NCBI GenBank assembly: GCA_965279035.1
Contig: OZ257142.1
Coordinates: 1,024,001-1,088,000, forward strand
Source of the DNA: Bacteroidia bacterium
Lineage (GTDB): Bacteria; Bacteroidota; Bacteroidia; M30B66
Direction: 5' to 3'
DNA: 64,000 bases
Part shown: piece by piece, positions 48,069 to 57,692 of the stretch
Layout of the letters: every line of letters starts with the position of its first letter
How positions within the stretch are numbered: position 1 is the stretch's first letter
Notes under the pieces: model-generated
The model's input: only the letters and a program-made list of their open reading frames with translations
Told to the model about the DNA's origin: nothing
The model's database searches: none
Translations under genes and position numbers: made by a program

Positions 48069-49181
48069 GTGAAAAAAAATCTCTCACTTCTGTTTTTTCT
48101 CTTTAGTTTAGGATTGACTTTAAAAAGTCAGCAGGATGAAATTATTCATTCAATTTACCTTATCGGAGATACAGGAAAAGACACGATTCCCTCAGAAGCC
48201 GTTCAATTACTCGCTTTTGAAACGTTTGATGATTCCTTAAGTACTGTCATTTTTCTTGGTGATAATTGTTATCCACAAGGATTAAATCCAAGGTATTCGA
48301 GTAAAAACATCGCTATAGCTGAGAGAAAACTGTTATCTCAATTTGAAATGTTTGTTGGTTATCGAGGGAATTTTTGCATTATACCGGGTAATCATGATTG
48401 GAGTAGTGGAAAGGCATCGGGAAAAAAAGCAGTAGAAGCTCAATCAGCTCTTGCAAATGAATGGTTTAGAAAGAACTCAATTGTAAAAAACAAAACACAA
48501 GGAGTATTTTCTACCAAAGCAGGATTTCCTGGTCCGGAACAATACCAAATTGATTCAAGCATCACCTTGATATTTTTGGATTCTCAATGGTGGCTTCAAT
48601 CGGATCTTTTTAAGAAAGTTGGTAAGCTTCCTGGAAAATCCTTGAAGCAAACTCGAAGAATAGCGTTTGAGCGATTGGATAGTATGTTATTTGAGGTTGA
48701 TCGACGAGGTGGAACAGCTGTAATTGCTGCTCATCACCCAATATACAGCAATGGAAAACACATTCATGTAAATGAACCAATCCGCTTTCTCATTAATTAC
48801 ACTCCCTTGAAATTATTGGGTTGGTTCGGATTGAACCGTTATTTCAGGCAGGATTTGCCACAACCACGTTATAGGCGTTACCGTAAATCGATTGAGAAAA
48901 TACTCTCGAAACATTCGAATATTATTTATGTTTCTGGACATGAACATGCGATGGAATATTTCGAGAAAGATAGTCTTCATTGTATTGTGAGTGGCTCAGG
49001 TTCAAAGATTTCGGAATTAGATCGCTATCGTTATCCAGCTCATTTTATGGATGATTTACAAAACGGATTTTTTAGAATTACATTTCATGCATCGGGTAAA
49101 GTTGAGTTGCATGCTTATGGTGTAAAAGATCGAGGTGAATATTGGAAAACAATTCTCTTTCATTTGCCTACATCACACTGA
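48069..49181 (+). CDS. Exported calcineurin-like metallophosphoesterase
   Basis: GDTG, LGDNCYP, GNHDW, HHP, GHEH; signal peptide from GTG 48069; -7 TACCTTTG at 48057-48064. Confidence 0.85.
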   Translation: MKKNLSLLFFLFSLGLTLKSQQDEIIHSIYLIGDTGKDTIPSEAVQLLAFETFDDSLSTVIFLGDNCYPQGLNPRYSSKNIAIAERKLLSQFEMFVGYRGNFCIIPGNHDWSSGKASGKKAVEAQSALANEWFRKNSIVKNKTQGVFSTKAGFPGPEQYQIDSSITLIFLDSQWWLQSDLFKKVGKLPGKSLKQTRRIAFERLDSMLFEVDRRGGTAVIAAHHPIYSNGKHIHVNEPIRFLINYTPLKLLGWFGLNRYFRQDLPQPRYRRYRKSIEKILSKHSNIIYVSGHEHAMEYFEKDSLHCIVSGSGSKISELDRYRYPAHFMDDLQNGFFRITFHASGKVELHAYGVKDRGEYWKTILFHLPTSH

Positions 49182-49210
49182 ATTGTACATTTACACTAAG
49201 CAATATTTTT

Positions 49211-49882
49211 GTGCAAGAGATCTGGGATTCAATTCAACATTTTTTTGCTTTTTTTCAACCGAAAAATATTATCGAATATGGAGGTTTGATTTTCCTTCTT
49301 TCGGTTGTTTTTATTGAAAATGGGTTGTTTTTTGGATTCTTCCTTCCTGGAGATTCCCTTCTGTTTACAGCTGGTTTACTATGTGCAACCGGAGTTTTAA
49401 ATCACCCTTTTGAATTAATCATTATCAGTATTTTTCTCACAGCCGTTATGGGAAGTACTTTTGGATATTATTTCGGTTATAAAACCGGTGATAATTTATA
49501 TACACGGAAGGATACTTTCTTTTTTCGTAAAAGTCATCTTCGCACAGCGGAAGAATTTTATGCTAAAAATGGTTCTAAAACACTTGTCATTGGGAGGTTT
49601 TTACCCGTGATAAGAACATTTGCACCCATTGTTGCTGGCTTTATAAAAATGCCCTTTGCTCGTTTTATGTTAGCGAATATTTTAGGAGCAGCAGCTTGGG
49701 TTGGCTCTCTTGTTTCGATGGGTTATTTCTTAGGAAATGTTTGGCCGGATTCTGAAAAATACCTAGCGTATATTATTTTCTTATTGATATTTATTACCGC
49801 AATTCCAGTAATAACAACGTTTCTCAGAGCTCGAAAAAAACAGGATAATACTAAGAAAGATTCTGAAAAAGAAGCTCAATAA
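49211..49882 (+). CDS. DedA/VTT-family membrane protein
   Basis: FIENGL..GFFLPGDSLLF.AG, GRFLPVIRTFAP; GTG 49211 is the more plausible start. Confidence 0.9.
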   Translation: MQEIWDSIQHFFAFFQPKNIIEYGGLIFLLSVVFIENGLFFGFFLPGDSLLFTAGLLCATGVLNHPFELIIISIFLTAVMGSTFGYYFGYKTGDNLYTRKDTFFFRKSHLRTAEEFYAKNGSKTLVIGRFLPVIRTFAPIVAGFIKMPFARFMLANILGAAAWVGSLVSMGYFLGNVWPDSEKYLAYIIFLLIFITAIPVITTFLRARKKQDNTKKDSEKEAQ

Positions 49883-50012
49883 GGTTTGTCTGAAATAAAT
49901 CTTTCGATCAATACACAATTCCAATCAACACGCGTTCGTTCATAAGTTCAACTTCAACTAACCCCTCTCCGCACCGCATCGATCTATTTTTACATCCTGA
50001 AGGAGTGTATCC

Positions 50013-53000
50013 ATGCGACAAACAGTAGTTTTTCTACTCATCCTATTGCCCGGTTGGTTAATGTCTCAACAATCATCGTTGTTTAGGGACAAAGACAGTG
50101 ATCTTAGGCAAGGTTTTGAGTTATTTGATAAAGAGAAATATGGGGCAGCCCAGCGTTATTTTAACAAAGCTGCAGAACAGTATCCTGACCTTCATTCCGA
50201 AATCAGGAAACAGGCCGACTATTATTCAGCCTTATGTGCTGTTGAACTTTTTAATCCAGATGCTGAAGTCTTATTAACTCAATTTATTTATCGTCACCCG
50301 GAAAGTCCGCTTGTTAAGCAAGCCTGGTTTCAATTAGGTAAATTCTTTTTCCGAGATAAGAAGTATAAGAAAGCCGATGAATGGTTTCGACAAGTGGAGC
50401 CAGAGATTTTATCGGAAGAAGAGAAGGAAGAATATTATTTCAAAAGCGGATACACCCATTTTAAATTAGATCATTTCGATCAAGCCTTAAAAGACTTTGC
50501 TGAAATCAAAGGGGGAGAATCGGCTTATAGCACAACAGCAACGTATTATTATGCTCATATTCAATATCAGAATAATAATTACGAAGCGGCTTTAGAGGAT
50601 TTTCTGAAATTAAAAGAGGACGATGTATTCGGACCAATCGTTCCGTTTTATATCTCGCAGATTTATTATCTCCAAAAACGTTTCGATCAAGTAATTCTCT
50701 ATGCTCAACCCATTTTAGATTCAACTCAAAGTAAACGAGCTCCCGAAATAGCGCGGTTGATTGGAGAATCCTATTACAATACATCTCGATACAAAGAGGC
50801 GATTCCCTATCTTGAGAAATACAAAGAAAAAGCTGGGGCAACCAGAACACGTGAAGACGATTATCAATTAGGTTTCTGCTATTTTAAAACAAACAATTTC
50901 GATAAAGCTATTGAATCGTTTCAAGCTGCTGTTGGTGATCAGGATGCTCTTGGTCAAAATGCGTGGTATCATTTAGGTTGGTGTCAATTGCAAACAGGAA
51001 ATAAAAAGTTTGCTCGTAGTGCTTGGCAACAGGCAGCGAAATCTGATTTTGATACTTTGATTAAGGAGCAATCACTTTTTGATTATGCCAAATTAGCCTA
51101 TGAACTCGGTTATGATCCCTACGATGAAGCTGTAAGAGCTTTGCAGGATTATATCAATGCATATCCGAATAGTACTCGCATGGATGATGCCTATAGCTTT
51201 TTGGTAAACATCTATGCAACAACACATAATTATCGCACGGCATTGCTATCGCTTGAGCGCATCAAACGTTTTTCGGAACCATTAAAATCAGCCTATCAAC
51301 GTGTGGCATTTTTTAGAGCAATTGAATTATTGAACGATAAAGAATATGGTGAGTCGATCAAACATTTTGATCTATCGCTTAAATATCCTCAGAACAAAGA
51401 AATGGTTGCCAATGCTAATTATTGGAAAGCCGAAGCACATTACCGAAAAGGCGATTATGCCGAATCAACCAAAGGGTACGAAGCATTTATTTATACACTC
51501 AATTCGTTCAATCTTCGTCAGTTTAATCGGGCGAATTACAATCTAGGTTATTCCTATTATAAGCAGCATAATTATTCATCTGCAATTACGTGGTTTCGGA
51601 AATTTGTTGCAGTAAATCCGGTAACAGATTCGAAGCTTTATAACGATGCTTATTTGCGCATTGGTGATTGTTTCTTCGTTTCTAAAAATTATACTGCAGC
51701 TGTTGAATACTATGATAAGGCACTCAGTATTGGTTCAAGCGACGCTGATTATGCCTTATTCCAAAAAGGAATGTCGCAGTATGTTCAAGGAAAATTAGAA
51801 GCTCAAATTCAAACGCTTCAGAAATTAATTGCAGAGCATGGTAATTCGCGCTATGCCGATGATGCCAAATACGAAACGGCAAACAGCTATTTCCTTTTAG
51901 GTCGATATGAAGAAGCCTATGCAATGTATAATGGAATTCTGTTGAACCATTCAGATAGTCCTTTAGCTCCTTCAGCGAAAGTGCAAATGGGACTGATTCG
52001 GTATAATCAAAACCGTGATGATGATGCCTTGGCGATTTATACCGAAGTGTTGGATAAATATCCAGGAACGGAAGAAGCCAAAGAAGCGCAGATGGGAATC
52101 AAGAATATCTATGTTGAAAAAGGATCGGTGAAAGAATATCAAGATCTAGCTCAACAACGCGGACTTGAAACAATGTCGAAAACCGAGTTTGATTCAACAG
52201 CTTGGGAAGCAGCAGAGAAGTCATATCAAAAAGGAGATTGTGATTTAGCCATGGGGCAGATGAGTTCGTATTTACGCGATTTTCCAGATGGTTTGTTTTC
52301 TACACAAGCACTAGGTTACAAAGCCGATTGTGAAATGAAATCGCGCAAGGTGGATGATGCAGCTATGACATATGAAAAATTGTTGCTTCGACCTAAGAAT
52401 CGCTATACTGCTGAAGCACATTTGATTTTAGGTATTTACGAACGACAAAAAGAAAATCTGCCAAAGTCTATTGAGCATTTCAAAGAGCTGGAAATGATTG
52501 CTGAGAATAATGATCAATTACTTCAAGCAAGAAGCAATATCATGCGTTTATCCTTGAAACTTAGTAAAACAAGCGAAGCTGAAGAATATGCGAATAAGGT
52601 GCTTCAAAGTGAAAAGGTAGAAGAGGATTTAAAAAACGAAGCTCGATTAATTATTGCTCGTGCTGATCTTATTGCAGGCAATGATGATAAAGCACTGGAA
52701 GAATTTCAAAAACTGAAAAAAGTCAACAGCGAAATTGGTGCAGAAGCTCGTTATTCACTTGCAAAGATTTACTACAACAAAGGCGATTACAAACGTTGTG
52801 AGAAAGCTGTTTTTGACTTGGTAGATGAAATGCCTTCGTATGATGAATGGCTTGCAAAAGGCTTTATCCTCTTAGCAGATAATTACCTCAAATTGGGGAA
52901 TGTTTTCCAAGCGAAAAGCACCTTGCAAAGTGTGATCGACAATCATGAAGGAAAGGAATTGCGTGATTTAGCTCAACATAAATTGGATGAGATAAATGCT

Positions 53001-53138
53001 AGTGAAATTTCCAATGATTCTCCAGATAAACCTGCAGATCAGGATATCGAATTCAAAAACAACCACAAAGACGATGGCTTGTTTGATGAACAAAAATTAG
53101 CACCTGTTGAACCAAAGAAAGGAGATGACAATGAATAA
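50013..53138 (+). CDS. Large periplasmic TPR protein
   Basis: Signal peptide; TPR repeats throughout 1041 aa. Confidence 0.88.
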   Translation: MRQTVVFLLILLPGWLMSQQSSLFRDKDSDLRQGFELFDKEKYGAAQRYFNKAAEQYPDLHSEIRKQADYYSALCAVELFNPDAEVLLTQFIYRHPESPLVKQAWFQLGKFFFRDKKYKKADEWFRQVEPEILSEEEKEEYYFKSGYTHFKLDHFDQALKDFAEIKGGESAYSTTATYYYAHIQYQNNNYEAALEDFLKLKEDDVFGPIVPFYISQIYYLQKRFDQVILYAQPILDSTQSKRAPEIARLIGESYYNTSRYKEAIPYLEKYKEKAGATRTREDDYQLGFCYFKTNNFDKAIESFQAAVGDQDALGQNAWYHLGWCQLQTGNKKFARSAWQQAAKSDFDTLIKEQSLFDYAKLAYELGYDPYDEAVRALQDYINAYPNSTRMDDAYSFLVNIYATTHNYRTALLSLERIKRFSEPLKSAYQRVAFFRAIELLNDKEYGESIKHFDLSLKYPQNKEMVANANYWKAEAHYRKGDYAESTKGYEAFIYTLNSFNLRQFNRANYNLGYSYYKQHNYSSAITWFRKFVAVNPVTDSKLYNDAYLRIGDCFFVSKNYTAAVEYYDKALSIGSSDADYALFQKGMSQYVQGKLEAQIQTLQKLIAEHGNSRYADDAKYETANSYFLLGRYEEAYAMYNGILLNHSDSPLAPSAKVQMGLIRYNQNRDDDALAIYTEVLDKYPGTEEAKEAQMGIKNIYVEKGSVKEYQDLAQQRGLETMSKTEFDSTAWEAAEKSYQKGDCDLAMGQMSSYLRDFPDGLFSTQALGYKADCEMKSRKVDDAAMTYEKLLLRPKNRYTAEAHLILGIYERQKENLPKSIEHFKELEMIAENNDQLLQARSNIMRLSLKLSKTSEAEEYANKVLQSEKVEEDLKNEARLIIARADLIAGNDDKALEEFQKLKKVNSEIGAEARYSLAKIYYNKGDYKRCEKAVFDLVDEMPSYDEWLAKGFILLADNYLKLGNVFQAKSTLQSVIDNHEGKELRDLAQHKLDEINASEISNDSPDKPADQDIEFKNNHKDDGLFDEQKLAPVEPKKGDDNE

Positions 53139-54828
53139 GGTCTTGCTAATCATCTTGCTGATTTCACCTTTTTCACTTTTTGCTCAACCGGGCAAAAACA
53201 ATGATGTGATTGTTACTGGTGGTTATACTCCGAAGTTGGTTGATGCGAATAAAATCAATGAACAACCAGCCATTTTAGATACTGGAATTACGCGTTTCCC
53301 AATTAAATATGAAATCAATAGTCGAAGGATAAATACCGTTTACGAAATCGATCCAATCAAAGCAGCGAACGTAAAAGGAGAACCCTTGACTAAACTTTAT
53401 CGTGGTTATGTGAAAGGTGGATTTGGCTCTTATATGATGCCGTATGGAGAGATTTATTACAATAATCTACGTTCTAAAAAATCATCCGCAGGAATTCATT
53501 ATAAACATTTGTCTTCAACCGGACAGCTTGCTAATACAGGCTATTCTGGCTTTAGTAATAATGAATTAAATCTCTTTGGAAAGTCTTTTATAAAAAAATC
53601 TACCCTATCAGGCGGATTAGATTATAGAAGAAATGTAGTTCATTACTATGGTTTTGATAAAGCCAAAGCATACAGTCAAGACTCAACCGAAAATCCATAT
53701 TGGGGTTATAATTTTGATCGCGACAGCATTCGCCAACGCTATCAATTAGTCAATATTGATGCATCCTTTAGCGATAATTATCCGGTTGATAGTCATGCTA
53801 CGAAATACAAAGTAGATTTGAATTATTACAATTACACGGATCATTATAAAGCGCAAGAAAATGCATTCAAGATTGCTGGTGATGTTTCGTTTTACTACAA
53901 AACCTACGATTTCAATATTCGAGGAGGATTAGATGTGTATAAAAACCAGAATGCGGTTTGGTCCGACAATATGACCATCTTTCAATTACGTCCTCAAATT
54001 ACATTCAGTCAATCTAAATGGAGATTGAAAGCAGCATTAAATACCTATGCTACTTCCGATTCATCCTATGGATTTAAGATCGCTCCCGAAGTTGATTTTG
54101 ATTTGCATCTGTATGAAAATATCATCATCCTAAATCTAGGAACAGACAGTCGTTTGCAGCGGTTTTCATATCGCACTTTAACCGAACGAAATCCTTGGTT
54201 GATTTCAGATATTTTGCCTTTGAATACTTGGAGTCCGTTCCGATTGTATGCAGGTTTACGCGGTTCCATTAGTTCGAAAATGGCATTTAATACAAAGGTT
54301 TCGTACACACCGTCAATCGATAATCAATTCTTCTTTGTAAATACTGCTGACTCTTCTGGATTTCTGCTGAATAAGTTGACATATGTCACCGACAATGCAA
54401 GTTTATTGGAAGTGAACGGAGAGATAACTTGGCAATTGCACGAAAAAATCCGCATCATAGCGAAAGCTGATTATATGGGTTATACGCCTGATAAAGAATT
54501 GAAAGCTTGGCATGTTCCATCGCTACGTATGTCGTATGGTGGGAAATACAATTTGAAAGATAAAATCTGGATCAACGCTGCTGTTCTAACATATAACAAA
54601 CAGTTTTACAAAGGTTTTATCAAAGACGATAAAACAGGCGAAATCAGAGCTGTTGCGAAGGAATTGAAAGGTATTGCCGATATTAATTTAGGAGCAGAAT
54701 ATCGTTACACGAAATTATTGGGGATGTTTGTTCAGCTCAACAATATTCTCAATGTGCGTTACGAACGCTATAAGAACTATCCAACACAGCGCTTTAATGT
54801 GATGGCTGGTGTGAGTTATACTTTTTAA
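53131..54828 (+). CDS. Outer-membrane beta-barrel protein (TonB-dependent-receptor-like C-terminus)
   Basis: Signal peptide from ATG 53131 overlapping the TPR stop; C-terminal NNILN..Y......G.SYTF. Confidence 0.75.
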   Translation: MNKVLLIILLISPFSLFAQPGKNNDVIVTGGYTPKLVDANKINEQPAILDTGITRFPIKYEINSRRINTVYEIDPIKAANVKGEPLTKLYRGYVKGGFGSYMMPYGEIYYNNLRSKKSSAGIHYKHLSSTGQLANTGYSGFSNNELNLFGKSFIKKSTLSGGLDYRRNVVHYYGFDKAKAYSQDSTENPYWGYNFDRDSIRQRYQLVNIDASFSDNYPVDSHATKYKVDLNYYNYTDHYKAQENAFKIAGDVSFYYKTYDFNIRGGLDVYKNQNAVWSDNMTIFQLRPQITFSQSKWRLKAALNTYATSDSSYGFKIAPEVDFDLHLYENIIILNLGTDSRLQRFSYRTLTERNPWLISDILPLNTWSPFRLYAGLRGSISSKMAFNTKVSYTPSIDNQFFFVNTADSSGFLLNKLTYVTDNASLLEVNGEITWQLHEKIRIIAKADYMGYTPDKELKAWHVPSLRMSYGGKYNLKDKIWINAAVLTYNKQFYKGFIKDDKTGEIRAVAKELKGIADINLGAEYRYTKLLGMFVQLNNILNVRYERYKNYPTQRFNVMAGVSYTF

Positions 54829-55884
54829 TTAAAACGGAGATTTGAATCGTGGATCGTTGATGAATGTGCTATCAGTCATCGAACGAAGGAAAGCTAATAA
54901 ATCGGCTTTCTCTTGATTGGTTAAATTCAATCCCGTTCCAACATGTTTCATAAGCGGATCAACCGTTGGTGAAGCTTTTCCTCCGGAATTATAATGATCG
55001 ATTACTTGCTCTAATGTTTGAAACCGTCCATCGTGCATATAGGGGGCGGTGAGAGCAATGTTGCGAAGAGTAGGCGTTAAGAATTTCCCGTTATCGTTGG
55101 GATTCCCAGTAATGGCGCCTCTTCCAAGGTCTGTGAATGCCGAATCAAGTCCATTGTTGTGAAATTGATTGTCGGTAATTAATCGTCCTGCATCTATGCT
55201 GTGGCAATGGAAGCAATCGCCCTTTTCGGTATTATAAATTACGTAGCCATTTAATTCGGAAGGAGAAAGAGCTGCTTCATTTCGAAGACGACGATCGAGT
55301 TTTGAATTATAGGAAATCATCGTTCTCATAAATTGAGCTAGTGCTTTTACAACGTATGATGAGTCGATGGTAGAAATGTTGAAAGCATTCTTAAACTCTT
55401 CTTTGTAGGTTGGATTTGCATTTAAACGTATTGCCGCTTCGGTCCAAGAAAGATGCATTTCGATAGGATTCTTCACTGGACCAAGTGCTTGTTGTTCAAG
55501 TGTAGAAGCTCTTCCATCCCAAAAAAAATGGAGATTGAATCCCATATTTATGAGTGGTTGAGCATTTCGAGTTCCAACTGCACCAGTAATTCCTGTGCTG
55601 AATTGCGTTCCGTTATCGGTAAAAGAAAGAGCTTGATTGTGACAACTAGCGCATGATTGAGTACTGTTTCCAGATAATAGTTTATCATAAAAAAGTTTTC
55701 TTCCTAGAGCAACTCCTTCAACAGTCATTGGATTGTCCGAAGGAATATTCATTGTTGGAAATCCAGGAGGAGTTTCCAAAGAATAGGGTTTTGTTTGATA
55801 GGGAGTTTCTTCCGGATCATCCTTTTTACACGAGGCGATAATCAGTGTAATTGAAATAAATAGAATGCTATATCGACGAATCAT
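54829..55884 (-). CDS. Diheme cytochrome c peroxidase family lipoprotein (MbnH/MauG-like)
   Basis: CASCH and CFHCH; FFWDGRA, NPIEM, TPTLRN..LTAPYMHDG, VIDHY; lipobox IASC. Confidence 0.88.
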   Translation of the reverse strand: MIRRYSILFISITLIIASCKKDDPEETPYQTKPYSLETPPGFPTMNIPSDNPMTVEGVALGRKLFYDKLLSGNSTQSCASCHNQALSFTDNGTQFSTGITGAVGTRNAQPLINMGFNLHFFWDGRASTLEQQALGPVKNPIEMHLSWTEAAIRLNANPTYKEEFKNAFNISTIDSSYVVKALAQFMRTMISYNSKLDRRLRNEAALSPSELNGYVIYNTEKGDCFHCHSIDAGRLITDNQFHNNGLDSAFTDLGRGAITGNPNDNGKFLTPTLRNIALTAPYMHDGRFQTLEQVIDHYNSGGKASPTVDPLMKHVGTGLNLTNQEKADLLAFLRSMTDSTFINDPRFKSPF

Positions 55885-55888
55885 TAGC

Positions 55889-56908
55889 TTATTCTGTTGA
55901 ACGATATTCCGGGTTTTGAATGAAATTTTGGTCTGACAAACTTTTTAGAAAGGAAAGTAAATCTGCTTTTTCTTGAGTTGATAATCCCAATGGTCTGATT
56001 AACGGGCTTTTTCCTGGAAAGTTCAATCCTCCACCATTATAAAGTTCAATCACAGTTTCGAGTGAATTGATGCTTCCATCGTGCATGTAAGGAGCAGTCA
56101 ATTCGCAATTTCGAAGCGAAGGAACACGGAATTTTCCCCGATCATCAGCAAGCAAAGTTATGCGTTGTCGGCCTGAATCAGGATATGTTTCAAAAGATCC
56201 ATTGGATTGGAATGTATTATTGGTGAAATTGAAACCGGAATGACATTGAATACAGTCGGTTTTAGAGCTTGAAAACAGCTCGAATCCACGGATTGCAGAT
56301 TCCGAAATGGCTTTTTTATTTCCTTGATAATAGTAGCTATCGAAGGGAGAATCAGCAGAAATTAACGTTCGCTGAAAACAAGCTAGGGCATGAAGAAAAC
56401 CGTTGATTGTAGCTGTGTCGTTATATGCAATTCTGAATAATTCTTTGTAGCGCGAGTTTCTATTTAATCGCTTCAGAATTATGAGTAATGTATTGTTGAA
56501 TTCAAAATGCGCTGCAATTGCATTGAGTGGAACGATTTCGAGCGTTGTAACACCGCCATCACGAAAGAAACTGTTGCTCCATGCCAAGTTGAAAAGAGCT
56601 TGAGCATTTCTAAATCCCTTTTCATGATCAACTCCAAAACTGAGTGCTTCGGAATCGGAAAATGCTCGTGTTTGTTTATGACAAGAATTACAGGAAATGC
56701 TTGAGTCTCTTGATAGAATTGGATCGTAGAATAATTTCTTACCTAAATAAATCTTTGCTTTTGTAAGCGGATTTGACTGTGGAATGAAGGCTTTTGGAAA
56801 TCCTGATGGAGTTCTTAATTCTAATTGTTCTTCATCAGGCAAAGACACATCTTTTGAACAAGAGTTCAGCAAACAAAGAATGACCAATATGAATGAAAAA
56901 CGCATCAT
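55889..56908 (-). CDS. Diheme cytochrome c peroxidase family lipoprotein (divergent MbnH-like paralogue)
   Basis: CNSCH and CIQCH; VPSLRN..LTAPYMHDG, VIELY; lipobox LNSC. Confidence 0.85.
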   Translation of the reverse strand: MMRFSFILVILCLLNSCSKDVSLPDEEQLELRTPSGFPKAFIPQSNPLTKAKIYLGKKLFYDPILSRDSSISCNSCHKQTRAFSDSEALSFGVDHEKGFRNAQALFNLAWSNSFFRDGGVTTLEIVPLNAIAAHFEFNNTLLIILKRLNRNSRYKELFRIAYNDTATINGFLHALACFQRTLISADSPFDSYYYQGNKKAISESAIRGFELFSSSKTDCIQCHSGFNFTNNTFQSNGSFETYPDSGRQRITLLADDRGKFRVPSLRNCELTAPYMHDGSINSLETVIELYNGGGLNFPGKSPLIRPLGLSTQEKADLLSFLKSLSDQNFIQNPEYRSTE

Positions 56909-56911
56909 TGA

Positions 56912-57691
56912 TTATTGTTTCCGAATGGCATCTCCCAAATTACTAATTACTTCTTGAGCCAATTCATAATGATCGGTTGTATGTGTAAAGTACTGTTGAA
57001 CCATGTTAATAGTATCTGATTGGGTTTTGAAAACATCATTTACTTCGACCTTTAAATAGATTAATGTTTTTTGTCCTTTCACTACAGTTTCGTTGAAACC
57101 GGAAATTCCATGTGAGGCATATAAAGTATCTTTTCCTGAATGATAGAAAAACGAGTAATTAGGATCTTGGCTTTGTGTTGTACTTGTATCTATTCTTCCT
57201 TCTAATTTGGAAAAAACATACCCGCTTGCCCAAGTCCAATACATTCCGTTATAAACGCTCAAAGGATGATTATTGGCATAGGCTGCAGGATTGAAATTTG
57301 GATCGCCGGTTCCATTGAGGCTTTTCTTTACACCAAGCCCGTAGCTAATTTCAGAGATAGTTCCTGGATTTGCTTCAATAGAAATGGATTTATCGTTCAA
57401 GGAAAAATCGATCAAAGAAATTTCAGAACTGCCTAAAACACTTGTGGCAGAGTGCAATTGAAAATCAGAAACATAAAATTTGAATGTTTCATATTTCATT
57501 CTCAAACCATTTGGGCCAATGAAAGTTTGATTCATTTGAAAAGCCTCTCCATTCATAGTTGGAACAAAATGAATTTCTACTGTTCCGGTTGTTTTTTCAG
57601 GTGCAGTAGCTTCAACCGATTCATCTTTTTGACAAGATGAAAAAGAGAGAAAATTCACTAGAAGCAAGGAATAAAAAAACGCTTTTTTCAT
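56912..57691 (-). CDS. MbnP-family lipoprotein
   Basis: FKFYVS, GLGV...N, MYWTWASGYVFSKLEG, F.YH.G; lipobox FSSC. Confidence 0.85.
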   Translation of the reverse strand: MKKAFFYSLLLVNFLSFSSCQKDESVEATAPEKTTGTVEIHFVPTMNGEAFQMNQTFIGPNGLRMKYETFKFYVSDFQLHSATSVLGSSEISLIDFSLNDKSISIEANPGTISEISYGLGVKKSLNGTGDPNFNPAAYANNHPLSVYNGMYWTWASGYVFSKLEGRIDTSTTQSQDPNYSFFYHSGKDTLYASHGISGFNETVVKGQKTLIYLKVEVNDVFKTQSDTINMVQQYFTHTTDHYELAQEVISNLGDAIRKQ

Positions 57692-57692
57692 A

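Noticed and set aside
53131-54828. Barrel gene as the MbnT-like copper receptor of the mbnPH operon
   Set aside because: It is on the opposite strand, coupled to the TPR gene, and too short for a complete TonB-dependent transporter
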